Source of the DNA: the human T2T-CHM13v2.0 reference genome, Homo sapiens
Strand: one strand, 5' to 3'
NCBI RefSeq assembly: GCF_009914755.1
Contig: NC_060944.1
Length of the DNA: 64,000 bases
Shown: one piece after another, positions 24,601 through 44,700 of the stretch
Layout: every line of letters begins with the position of its first letter
Position numbering within the stretch: position 1 is the first letter of the stretch
Position numbers and translations under genes: made by a program
The notes under the pieces: model-generated
Told to the model about the DNA's origin: nothing
What the model saw: only the letters and a program-made list of their open reading frames with translations
Databases searched by the model: none

Positions 24601-26548
24601 GCCTGGGTGACAGAGTGAGATAATGTCGAAAGAAAGGTATGGAATGGAATGGAGCAGAATGGAATGGAATGGAATGGAATGGAATGGAATGGAATGGAAT
24701 GGAATGGAATGGAATGGAATGGAATGGAGTAGAGTGGTTTGGAGTGGATTGGAGTGGAATGGATGTAGTGCAATGGAGTGGAATGGAGTGGAATGGAACG
24801 GGATGTAGTGGAATGGAGTGGAGTGGAGTGGAGTCGAGTCGAGTTGAGTAGAATGGAGTGGAATGGAATAGGATGGAATGGAGTGGAGTGGAATGGAATG
24901 AATGCAATGTAGTTGAGTGGAGTGGAGTGGAGTGGAATGGAATGGAATAGAATGGAATGGCATGGAATGGTGAAATGAAATGTGAGCTGAGATGGTGCCA
25001 CTGCACTCCAGCCTGTGTGACAGAGTGAGATCCTGTCGAAAGAAAGGTATGGGATGGAATGGAGTCAAATGGAATGGAATGGAATGGAATGGAACGGAGT
25101 GGAGTGGAGTTTAATGGAGTGGAGTGGAGTGGAATTCTGTTGAATGGAATGGAACGGACAGGGGTGGAGTGGAGTGGAGTGGATTGCAATGGAATGGAGT
25201 GCAATGGAATGGGATTCAATGGAATGGAGTGGAGTGGAGTGGAGTAGAGTGGACTGGAATGGAGTGGAATGGAATGGAATGGAATGCAATGGAATTGAAT
25301 GGAATGGAGTGGAGTGGAATGGAATGGAATGGAATGGAGTGGAATGGTGAAATGAAATGGGAGGTAGATAGTGCTGCTGCACTCCAGCCTGGGTGACAGA
25401 GTGAGATCCTGTCGAAAGAAAGGAATGGAATGGAATGGAGTGTAATGGAATGGAATGGAGTGGAGTGGAGCAGAGTGAAGTGTAGTGGAGTGTAGTGGAG
25501 AAGAATGGAGTGGAATGGGATGGGATGGACTTGAATGGAATGGAGTGGAGTGGAATGGAGTGGAGTGCAGTGGAATGGAGTGGAATTAAATGGATTTGGA
25601 TGGAGTGGAGTGGAATGGAGTGGAATGAAATGGATTTGGATTTGGATGGAGTGGAGTGGACTGGAGTGGATTGGAAAGGAGTGGAATAGAATGGAATGGA
25701 ATGGAATGGAATTGAGTGGAGTGAGGTGGAGTGCAGTGGAGTGGAGTGAATTGGAGTGGAGTGGAATGTTTTGGAATGGAATGGAATAGAATGGAATGGA
25801 ATGCAACGGAATGGTGAAGTTAAATGTCAGCTGAGATTGTTGAGTGGAGTGGAGTTGAATGCAATGGGATGGAATGGAATGGAGTGCAGTGGAGTGGAAT
25901 GTAATGAAGTGGAATGGAGTGGGATGGAATGGAATGGAGTGCAGTGGAGTGGAGCGGAGTGGAGTGGAGTGGAATGGAATGGAATGGAATGGAATGGAGT
26001 GGAATGGAATTGAATGGAATGGAATGGATTGGAATGGAATTGAATGAAATGCAATGGAATGGAATGGACTGGAATGGAATTGTGAAATTAAATGTTATCT
26101 GAGATTGTGCCACTGCACTCCAGGCTGGTTGACAGGGTGAGATCCTGTCAAAAGAAAGGAATGGAATGGAACGGATTGGAATGGAATGGAATGGAATGGA
26201 ATGGAATGGAAGGGAAGGGAATGGATTGGATTGGAGTGGAGTGGAGTGGAGTCGAGTGGAGCAGAATGGAGTGGAATGAAGAGGAGTGGAATGGGATGGA
26301 ACGGAGTGGAGTGGAGTGGAGTAGCGTGGAATGGAATGGAATGGAACAGTGAAATGAAATGTGAGCTGTGATTGTGCCACTGCACTGCAGCCTGGGTTAC
26401 AGAGTGAGATCCTGTCGAAAGAAATGAATGGAATGGAATGGTGTGGAATGGAATGAAAGGGAATGGAGTGGAGGGGAGTGCAGTGGAGTGGAGTGGAGTG
26501 GAATGGAGTGGAATGGAATGGGACGGAATGAAATGCAGTGGAGTGGAT
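12681..26548 (+). repeat. HSat3-like (GGAAT/GGAGT)n pentamer satellite with periodic Alu 3'-end fragments; purine-rich strand on +
   Basis: Continuous GGAAT, GGAGT, GCAAT and GGGAT pentamers, interrupted about 37 times by ggtgaaatgaaat-gtgagctgagattgtgccactgcactccagcctgggtgacagagtgagatcctgtc-gaaagaaaggaat. Confidence 0.92.
13770..13826 (+). mobile_element. Representative Alu right-arm 3' fragment (~55 bp) embedded in the satellite unit
   Basis: gtgagctgagattgtgccactgcactccagcctgggtgacagagtgagaccctgtc matches the Alu 3' terminus GTGAGCCGAGATCGCGCCACTGCACTCCAGCCTGGGCGACAGAGCGAGAC with every CpG changed to TpG. The ACCCTGTC ending resembles AluJ/FRAM-type ends. Confidence 0.85.
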
Positions 26549-29500
26549 TGGAGCGCTTAGAGGCCTCTGGTGGAAAAGGAAATATCTTCACATAAAACCT
26601 AGACAGAAGCATTCTGAGAAACTTCTTTGTGATGTGTGCATTCTTCTCCGAGAGTTGAACCTTTCTTTTTATTGAGCAGTTTGAAAACACTCTTTTTGTA
26701 GAATCTGCAAGTGGACATTTGGAGCGATTTGAGGCATATGTGAAAAAGAATCTTCACACAAAAACTAGACAGAAGCATTCTGAGAAACTTCTTTATGATA
26801 TGTGTATTCATCTCACAGATTTGAACCTTTCTTTTGATTCAGCAGTTTTGAAACACCCTTTTTGTACTACTTGCAAGTGGACATTTGGAGTGCTTTGAGG
26901 CCTATGTTGGAAAAGGAAATATCTTCAGGAAATCTAGACAGAAGCATTCTGACAAATTTGTTTGTGAGGCGTGCATTCATCTCACAGGTTTGAACCTTTC
27001 CTTCGATTGAACCGCTTTGAAACACTTTGTACAATCTGCATGTGGACATTTGGAGCGCTTCGAAGCCTACAGTGGAAAGGGAAGTATCTTCACATAAAAA
27101 CTATACAGAAACATTCTGACAAACTTCTTTGTGATGTGTGCATTCATCTCACAGACGTGAGTCTTTCTTTTGCTTCAGCAGTTTTGAAACACTCTTTTTG
27201 TAGAGTCTGAAAGTGTACATTTGGAGCACGTTGGGGCCTATGGTGGAAAAGGAAATATCTTCACATAAAAACTAGACAGAATCATTCTGAGAAAATTCTT
27301 TCTGATATGTTCATTCATCTTAGAGAGTTGAACCTTTCTTTTGATTGAGAAGTTTTGAAAAACTCTTTTTGTAGAATCTGCAATTGGTCATTTGGAGCGA
27401 TTTGAGGCCTATGGTGGAAAAGGAAATATCTTCACATAAAAACTAGACAGAAGCATTCTGAGGAACTACTTTGTGATGTGTGCAGTCATCTCACAGACTC
27501 AAAACTTTCTTTTGATAGAGCAGTTTGGAAACACTCTTTTTGTAGAATCTGCAAGTGGATATTTGGAGTGCTATACTGCCTGTAGTGGAAAAGGAAATAT
27601 CTTCACATAAAAACTAAACAGAAGCATTCTGAGAAACTCCTTTGTCATGTGTGCATTCAACTCACAGAGTTGAAATTTTCTTTTGATTGAGCAGTTTTGT
27701 AACACTCTTTTTTAGAATCTGCAAGTGGATATTTGGAGGGCTCTGAGGGCTGTTGTGGAAAAGTAAATATCTTCACATAAAAACTAGACAGAAGCATTCT
27801 GGGAAACTTCTTTGTGATGTGTGCATGCATCACACAGAGTTGAAGATTTTTCGATTTAGCAGTTTTGAAACACTCTTTTTGTAGAATCTGCAAGTGGACA
27901 TTTGGGGAGCTTTGAGGTCTATGGCTGAAAAGGAAATATCTTCACATAAAAACAGGACAGAAGCATTCTGAGAAACTACTTTGTGATGTGTGCATGTATC
28001 TCACAGAGTTGAAACTTCCTTTTGATTGAGCAGTTTGGAAACACTCTTTTTGTAGAATGTGCAAGTGGACACTTGGAACGCTTTGGGTCCTGTGGTTGAA
28101 AAGGAAATATCTTCACATTAAAATTAGATAGAAGCATTCTGTCAAATGTCTTTGTGATATGTGGATTCGTCTTTCAGAGTTGAACCTGACTTTTGATGGT
28201 GCAGTTTTGAATGACCCTTTTTGTACTATCTGCATGTGGACAGTTGGAGTGCTTTGAGGCCTATGGTGGAAAAGGAAATATCTTCACATAAAAACTAGAC
28301 AGAAGCATTCTGACGAATATCTTTGTGATGTGCGCATTCATCTCCCTGAGTTGAACCTTTCTTTTGATTAAGCAGTTTTGAAACACTCTTTTTGTAGAAT
28401 CTGCAAATGGACATTTGGAGCGCTTTGCGACCTATGGTGGAAAAGGAAAGATCTTCACATAAATACTAGACAGAATCATTCTGACAACCTTCTTTGGGAT
28501 ATGTGCATTCATCTCACAGAGTTGAACCTTACTTTCGATGGAGCAGTTTTGAAACACTCTTTTTGTAGAATCTGCAAGTGGACAATTGGAGCTCTTTGAG
28601 GCCTATGGTGGAAATGAAATATCTTCACATAAAAACTAGACAGAATCATTCTGAGAAAATTCTTTGTGATGTGTGCATTCATCTCACGGAGTTGAAACTT
28701 TCTTTTGATTGGGCAGTTTCGAAACAGTCTTTTTGTAGAATCTGCACTTGGTCATTTGGAGGGCTTTAAGGCCTATGGAGGAAAAGGAAATATCTTCACA
28801 TAAAAACTAGACAGACACATTCTGACAAATTTCTTTGTGATATGAGCATTCGTCGCACAGAGTTGAACCTTTCTTCTGTTTGAGCAGTTTTGAAACACCC
28901 TTTTTGTAGAATCTGCAAGTGTACATTTGGAGCATTTTGATGCCTATGTTGGATTCTGAAATATCTTCACATAATAAGTTGACAAAAGCATTCTGAGAAA
29001 CTTCTTTGTGATGTGTGCATTCATCTCACAGAGCTGAAGCATTCGTTTGATTGAGCAGTTTTTAAACACTCTTTTTGTAGAATCTGCAAGTGGACATTTG
29101 GAGAGCTTTGAGGCCTATGGTAGAAAAGGAAATATCTTCACATAAAAACTATACAGAAACCTTTTGACAAACTCTTTTGTAATCTGTGCATTCATCTCAC
29201 GGAGTTGAATCTTTGTTTGGATAGAGTAGTTTTGAAACTCACTTTTTGTAGAATGTGCAAGTGGACATTTGGGGTGCTTTGCAGCCTATGGTGGAAAAGG
29301 AAATATCTTCACATATAATCTAGACAGAATCATTCTGAGAAACTTCTTTGGATGTGTGCATTCACCTCACAGAGTTGAACATTTCTTTTCATGGAGCAGT
29401 TTGGCAACACTCTTTTTGAAGAATCTGCAAGTGGACATTCTTAGCACTTTGAGGCCTGTGGTGGAAAAGAAAATATCTTCACATAAACACTAGACAGAAG

Positions 29501-31954
29501 TTTTCTGACAAACTTCCTTGTGATATGTGCATTCATCTCACGGAGTTGAACCTTACTTTTGATCAAGCAGTTTGGAAAAACCCTTTGTACTATCATCAAG
29601 TGGACATTTGCAGTGCTTTGAAGCCTATAGTAGAAAAGGAAATATCTTCACATAAAAACTAGAATCATTCTGAGAAAATTCTTTGTGATGTCTTCATTCA
29701 TCTCACAGAGTTGAATCTTTCTTTTGATTGAGAAGTTTGGAAACAGTCTTTTTGTAGAATCTGCAAGTGAACATTTGGAGAGCTTTGCAGCCTACGGTGT
29801 GAAAGGAAATATCCTCACATAAAAACTAGACAGAAGCATCCTGACAAACTTCTTTGGATGTGTTCATTCATCTCAGAGAGTTGAACCTTACTTTCGATTA
29901 AGCAGTTTTGAAACACTCTTTTTGTAGAATCTGCAACTGGACATTTGGAGTGCTTTGAGGCCTGTGGTTGAAAAGGAAATATCTTCAAATAAAATCTAGA
30001 CAGAGGTATTCTGAGAAACTTCTTTTGGATGTGTGCATTGATCTCACAGAGTTGAACTTTTCTTTTGATTGAGCAGCTTTGAAACACTCTTCTTATAGAA
30101 TCTGTAAGTGGACATTTAGAGTGCTTTGTGGCCTATGGTGGAAAAGGAAATACCTTCACATAAAAACTAGACAGAAACATTCTGACAAACTTCTTCGTGA
30201 TGTGTGCATTCATCTCACAGAGTTGAATCTTACTTTCCATTGAGCAGTTTTGAAACACTGTTTTTGTAGAATCTGCAAGTGGACATTTGGAGCGCTTTGA
30301 GTCCTATGGTGGATAACGAAATATCTTCACATAAAAACTAGACAGAAGCATTCTGAGAATCTTCTTTGTGATGTGTACATTCATCCCACAGATTTGAACA
30401 TTTCTTTTGATTGAGCAGCTTGGAAACACAGTTTTTGTAGAATCTGCAAGTGGACATTTGGAGCACTTTGGGGCCTACAGTGTAAAAGGAAATGTCTTCA
30501 CATAAATACTACACAGAAATATTCTGACAAACTCCTTTGTAATCTGTGCATTCATCTCACGGAGTTGAACCTTCCTCTCATTGAGCAGTTTTGAAACACC
30601 CTGTTTGTAGAATCTGCCAGTGTACATTTGGAGCGCTTTGAGGACTATTGTGGAAAAGGAAATATCTTCACATAAAAACTAGACGGAAGCATTCTGAAAA
30701 ACTACATTGTGATGTGTGCATTCATCTCACAGAGTTGAAACTTCCTTTTGATTGAGCTGTTTTGAAAGACTCTTCTAGTAGAATCTGTAAGAGGATATTT
30801 GAAAGGAATTGCGTCCCATGCCGCTAAAGGAAATATTTTCACGTAAACTCTAGACAGAAGCATTCTGAACAACTTCTTTGTGATGTGTGCATTCAACTCA
30901 CGGAGTTGAACTTTTCTTTTGACTGAGCAGTTTTGAAACACTCTTTTTGTAGAATCTGCAAGTGGATATTTGGCGCGCTTTGCCGCCTATAGTGGAAAAG
31001 GAAATATCTTCACATAAAAACTAGACAGAAGAATTCTGAGAAAATTCTTTGTGATGTGTACACTCATCCCTCAGACTTGAACATTTCGTTTGATTGAGCA
31101 GTTTTGAAACACACTTTTTGTAGAACCTGCAAGTGGATATTTGGAGGGCTTTGTGGCCTATTGAGGAAAAGGAAATATCTTCAGATAGAAACTAGACAGA
31201 AGCATTCCGTGAAACTTCCTTGTGATGTGCGCATTCATCTCTCAGAGATGAAACTTTCTTTTGATTGAGCAGTTTTGAAACAATCTTTTTGTAGAATCTG
31301 CAATTGGATATTTGGAGGCTCTTCGGGCCCATGGTGGAAAGGGAAATATCCTCATGTAAAAAGTACACAGAAGCATTCTGAGAAACTTCTTTGTTTAGTG
31401 CATTCAACTCACAGAGTTGAACCTTTCTTGTGATTGAGCAGTTTTTAAATACTCTTTTTGTAGAATCTGCAAGTGGACATTTGTAGCGTTTTGGGGCCTA
31501 TGGCAGAAAAGAAAATATCTACACATAAAAACTAGACAGAAGCACTCTCAGAAACTTCTTTGTGATGTGTGCATTCATCTCACAGAGTTGAACTTTCTTC
31601 TGAATGAGCAGTTTTTAAACTCTCTTTTTGTGGGATCTGAAAGTGGACACTTGTAGTGCTTTGAGGCCTATGTTGGAAAAGGAAGTATTTTCACATAAAA
31701 ACTAGAAAGAAGCATTCTGAGAAACTTCTTTGTGATGTGTGCATTTATCTCACTGAGTTGAACCTTTCTTTTGATTGAGCAGTTTTGAAATACTCTTCCT
31801 GAAGGATCCGCAAGAGAACATTTGGAGCACTTTACGGCCTATGGTGGTAAAGGAAATACCTTAACATGAAAACTTCACAGAACCATTCTGAGAAACTCCT
31901 TGGTGATGTGTGCATTCACCTCACAGAGTTGAAACTTTCCTTTGATTGAGAAGT
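26549..31954 (+). repeat. Monomeric alpha satellite, A-type only (no CENP-B box seen), an older layer
   Basis: 171-bp period with AAACTAGACAGAAGCATTCTGA(G/C)AAAC and CATTCATCTCACAGAG. The box position always resembles CTATGGTGGAAAAGGAA. Confidence 0.92.
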
Positions 31955-35790
<3,836 letters not shown>

Positions 35791-36000
35791 TTATTTTTAT
35801 ACTTTAATTTTTAGGGTACATGAGCACAATGTGCAGGTTAGTTACATATGTTTACATGTGCCATGCTGGTGCGCTGCACCCACTAACTCATCATCTAGCA
35901 CTAGGTATATGTCCCAATGCTATCCCTCTCCCCTCCTCCCACCCCACAACAGGCCCCAGAGTGTGATGTTCCCCTTCCTGTGTCCATGTATTCTCATTGC

Positions 36001-39808
<3,808 letters not shown>

Positions 39809-39871
39809 TATGATGTTAGCTGGTTATTTGGCTCGTTAGTTGATGCAGTTTCTTCCTAGTCTCGATGGTCT

Positions 39872-40887
39872 TTACATTTTTGGCATGATTTTGCAGTGGC
39901 TGGTAGTGGTTGTTCCTTTCCACGTTTAGCACTTCCTTCTGGAGCTCCTTTAGGGCAGGCCTGGTGGTGACAAAATCTCTCAGCATTTGCTTGTCTGTAA
40001 AGTATTTTATTTCTCCTTCACTTATGAAGCTTAGTTTGGCTGGATATGAAATTCTGGGTTGAAAATTCTTTTCTTTAAGAATGTTGAATATTGGCCCCCA
40101 CTCTCTTCTGGCTTGTAGAGTTTCTGCCAAGAGATCTGCTGTTAGTCTGATGGGCGTCCCTTTGAGGGTAACCCAACCTTTCTCTCTGGCTGCCCTTAAC
40201 ATTTTTTCCTTCATTCAACTTTGGTGAATCTGACAATTATGTGTCTTGGAGTTGCTCTTCTCGAGGAGTATCTTTGTGGCATTCTCCGTATTTCCTGAAT
40301 CTGAATGTTGGCCTGCCTTGATAGGTTGGGGAAGTTCTCCTGGATAATATCCTGCAGAGTGTTTTCCAACGTGGTTCCATTCTCCCCATCACTTTCAGGT
40401 ACACCAATCAGACGTAGATTTGGTCTTTTCACATAGTCCCATATTTCTTGGAGGGTTTGCTCATTTCTTTTTATTCTTTTTTCTCTAAACTTCCCTTCTC
40501 ACTTCATTTCATTCATTTCATCTTCCATCGCTGATACCCTTTCTTCCAGTTGATCGCATCAGCTCCTGAGTCTTCTGCATTCTTCACGTAGTTCTCGAGC
40601 CTTGATTTTCAGCTCCATCAGCTCCTTTAAGCATTTCTCTGTATTGGTTATTCTAGTTATACATTCTTCTAAACTTTTTTCAAAGTTTTCATCTTCTTTG
40701 CGTTTGGTTTGAATGTCCTCCCATAGCTCGGTGTAATTTGATCATCTGAAGCTTTCTTCTCTCAACTCGTCAAAGTCATTCTCCGTCCAGCTTTGTTCTG
40801 TTGCTGGTGAGGAATTGCATTTCTTTGGAGGAGGAGAGGCGCTCACTTTTTAGAGTTTCCAGTTTTTCTGCTCCGTTTTTTCCCCAT
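39872..40887 (-). pseudogene. L1 ORF1 (RNA-binding protein), disrupted
   Basis: Start ATGGGGAAAAAA at 40887. Fragments KRPNLRLIGVPESDGENG...IIVRFTKVE and MKEKMLRAAREKG...RPALKE lie in different frames; an extra base near the normal stop lets the listed ORF run past it. Confidence 0.9.
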
Positions 40888-41794
40888 CTTTGTGGTTTTA
40901 TCTACTTTTGGTCTTTGATGATGGTGATGTACAGATGGGTTTTTGGTGTGGATGTCCTTTCTGTTTGTTAGTTTTCCTTCTAACAGACAGGACTCTCAGC
41001 TGCAGGTCTGTTGGAGTACCCGGCCTTGTGAGGTGTCAGTCTGCCCCTGCTGGGGGGTGCCTCCCAGTTACGCTGCTCAGGGGTCAGGGGTCAGGGACCC
41101 ACTTGAGGAGGCAGTCTGCACGTTCTCAGATCTGCAGCTGTGTGCTGGGAGAACCACTGCTCTCTTCAAAGCTGTCAGACAGGGACATTTAAGTCTGCAG
41201 AGGTTACCGCTGTCTTTTTGTTTGTCTGTGCCCTGCCCCCAGATGTGGAGCCTACAGAGGCAGGCAGGCCTCCTTGAGCTGTGGTGGGCTCCACCCAGTT
41301 CGAGCTTCCAGGTTCCTTTGTTTACCTAAGCAAGCCTGTGCAATGGCGGGCGCCCCTCCCCCAGCCTCGCTGCCACCTTTCAGTTTGATCTCAGACTGCT
41401 GTACTAGCAATCAGTGAGACTCCATGGGTGTAGGACCCTCTGAGCCAGGTGCAGGATATAATCTACTGGTGCGCCATTTTTTAAGCCTGTCAGAAAAGCG
41501 CAGTATTTGGGTGGGAGTGACCCGATTTTCCAGGTGCTGTCTGTCACCCCTTTCTTTGACTAGGAAAGGGAACTCTCTGACCCCTTGCACTTCCTGAGTG
41601 AGGCAATGCCTCGCCCTGCTTCAGCTTGTGCACAGTGTGTGCACCCACTGACCTGCACCCACTGTCTGGCACTGCCTAGTGAGATCAACCCGGTACCTCA
41701 GATCAAAATGCAGAAATCACCTGTCTTCTGCATCGCTCATGCTGTGAGCAGTAGATTGGAGCTGTTCCTATTTGGCCATCTTGGTTCAGCACCA
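40888..41794 (-). promoter_or_regulatory. L1 5'UTR (internal sense promoter with YY1 site; antisense promoter region)
   Basis: GC-rich ~900 bp upstream of ORF1. YY1 core CAAGATGGCC retained (reverse complement 41774-41783). Many CpGs are decayed. Confidence 0.8.
41343..41417 (+). pseudogene. L1 ORF0 (antisense ORF), prematurely terminated
   Basis: Translates MAGAPPPASLPPFSLISDCCTSNQ*. TGA at 41415-41417 sits where the ~71-aa ORF0 normally has CGA (Arg). Confidence 0.75.
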
Positions 41795-44700
41795 CTTCTG
41801 TGTAGTTTCTATGTGAAGGTATTTCCTTTTCCACAATAGGCCCAAAGCGCTCTAAATATCCAATTGCAGATTCTACAAAAAGAGTGTTTCAAAACTTCTC
41901 AATCAACAGGAAGGTTAAACTCTGTGAGATGAATGCACACATCATAAAGAAGTTTCTCAGAATGCTTCTGTGTAGTTTATATGTGAAGATATTTCCTTTT
42001 CTTCAATAGGCCACAAAGGGCTCCAAATACCCACTTGCAGATTCTACAAAAAGAGAGTTTCAAAACTGCTCTAGGAAAAGAAATTTTTATCTCTGTGACT
42101 TGAATGCACACATCACAAAGGAGTTTCTCAGAATGCTTCTGTGTAGTGTTTATGAGAAGATATTTTCTTTTCCACCATTGGCCACAAAGGGCTCCAAATA
42201 TTCTCTTGCAGATTCTGCAAAAAGAGAGTTTCAAAACTTGTATATAAAAAGATATGTTCAACACTGTGAGATGAATGTACAAATCACAAAGTAGTTTCCC
42301 AGCATGCGTCTGTGAAGTTTTTATGTGAAGATATTTCCTTTTCCACCATAGGCCTCAAAGCTCTCCAAGTATCCACTTGCAGATTCTACAAAAAGAGAGT
42401 TTCAAAACTGCTCAATCAATTGAAATGTTCAACTCTGTGAGATGAATGCACACATCATGAAGAATTTTCTCACAATGCTTCCGTGTAGTTTTTCTATGAA
42501 GATATTTCCTTTTCCTAAATAAGCCTCAAAGCGCTTCATATATCCACTTGCATATTCCACAAAAAGAGCATTTCCAAACTTCTCAATCAAAAGAGAGTAT
42601 CACCTCTGTGAGATGAATGCACACAATAAAAATAAGTTTCTCCAAATGCTTCTGTGTAGTTTTTATGTGAAGATATTGTCTTTTCCACCAAAGGCCCCAA
42701 AGAGCTCCAAATATCCACTTGCAGATTCTACAAAAAGACAGTTTCAGAACTGCTCTATCAAAAGATATGTTCAACTCTGTGTGTTGAATGCACACATCAC
42801 AAAGAAGTTTCTCTGAATGCTTCTGTGTAGTTTTTATGTGAAGATATTTCCTTTTCCACTATAGGCTGCAAAGCGCTCCAATTATCCACTTGCAGATTCT
42901 ACAAAAAGACTGTTTCAAAACTGCACAATCAAAAGAAAGCTTCAACTCTGTGAAGTGAATGCACATGTCACAAAGAAGTTTCTCAGAATGCATCTGTGTA
43001 GTTTTTATGTGAAGATATCTCCTTTTCCACAGTAGGCCTCCAAAGGCTCCAAATATCTACTTGCAGATTCTTCTAAAAGAATTTTTCCAAACTGCTCAAT
43101 CAAAAGAAAGGTTCAACTCTGTGAGATGAATGCACTCATCACAAAGAAGTTTCTGAGAATGCTTCTGTGTAGTTTTTATGGGAAGATATTTCCTTTTCCA
43201 CAATAGGTCTCAAAGCGCTGCAATTATCCGCTTGCAGATTCTGTGAAAAGAGTGGTTCAAAACTACTCTATCGAATGAAATGTTCAACTCTTTGAGATGA
43301 GTACACAGATCACTAAGAAGTTTCTCAGAATGCTTCTGTGCCGTTTTATGGGAAGATATTTCCTTTTCCACCATCGGCCACAAAGGACTCCAAATAACCA
43401 CTTACAGATTCTACAAAAAGAGAGTTTCAAAATTGCTCAAGCAAAAGAAAGGTTCAACTCCGACATGAATGCCCACATCACAAAGAATTTTCTCAGAAGT
43501 CTTCTGTGTAGTTTTTATGTGAAGATATTTCGTTTTCCTCAATAAGCGTACAAGGGCTCCAAATATCCACTGCAGATTCTAGTAAAAGTGTGTTTCCAAA
43601 CAGCTAAATCAAAAGAAATGATCAACACTGTGAGATGAAAGCACACATCACAAAGAAGTTTCTGAGAATGCTTCCGGGTAGTTTTTATGTGAAGATATTT
43701 CCTTTTCCACAATAGGCCTCAAAGTGCTCCAAATATCCAATTGCAGATTCTACAAAAAGAGTGTTTCAAAACTGCTTAATCAAATGAAAGTTTCTCCTCT
43801 GTGAGATGAATGCACACGCCAAAAAGAAGTTTCTCAGAATGCTTCTGTGTAATTTTTATGTTAAGATATTTCCATTTCCACCATAGGCCTCAAAGAGCTC
43901 CAAATATCCAATTGCAGATTCTACAAAAAGAGTATTTCAAAACTGGTCAATCAAAAGAAAGGTTCAACTCTGTGAGGTGAATGCACACATCACAAAGAAG
44001 TATTCCCGAATGCCTCTGTGTCATTTTTATGTGAAGATATTTCCTTTTCCAGTACAGTAATCCAGGTTTTCAAATATCCACTTGCAGATTCTACTAAAAG
44101 AGTTTTTCTGAACTGCTCAATCAAAAGAACGGTTCAACTCTGTGAGATGAATGCATACATCACAAAGAAGTTTCTGAGTATGCTTCTTTGTAGTTTTTAA
44201 GGGAAGATATTTCCTTTTTCACAATAGGCCTGAAAACGCAGCAAATATCCACTTGCAGATTCTACAAAAAGAGTTTTTCAAAACTGCTGAATCAAATGAA
44301 ATGTTCAAGTCGGTGAGATGAGTGCACACATCACAAAGAAGTTTCTCAGAATGATTCTGTGTAGTTTTTATGTGAAGATATTTCCTGCTCCACAAGAGGT
44401 CTCAGAGCACTGCATATATCCAATTGTAGATTCTACAAAAAGAGTGTTTCCAGACAGCTCAAGCAAAAGTGAGGTTCACCTTTGTGAGATGAATGCACAC
44501 ATCATAAAGAAGTTTCTCAGAATGCTTCTGTTTAATTTTTATCTGAAGTGATTTCCTTTTCCACCATAGGCTGCAAAGTGCTCCAAATATCAACTTGCAG
44601 ATTCTACAAAAAGAGAGTTTCAAAGCTGCTCTATCAAAATATAGGTTCAACCCTGTGAGATGAATGCACACATCACAAAGAAGTTAATCAGAATATTTCT

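Noticed and set aside
12628-26385. Very long minus-strand ORFs (up to 1082 aa, HSIPF/HSTPL-rich) and plus-strand MEWNG/VEWSG ORFs
   Set aside because: CATTC/CACTC pentamers contain no stop codon in any frame, and overlapping ORFs occur in all frames. There is no evidence of coding function.
12838-26420. CRISPR-like repeat-spacer appearance of the cassette array
   Set aside because: The repeat is an Alu fragment, the spacers are low-complexity satellite of variable length, no cas genes are present and the context is primate.
12851-26420. Functional Alu/7SL ncRNA genes
   Set aside because: Only ~55 bp of the 3' end is present, with no Pol III A/B boxes or left arm.
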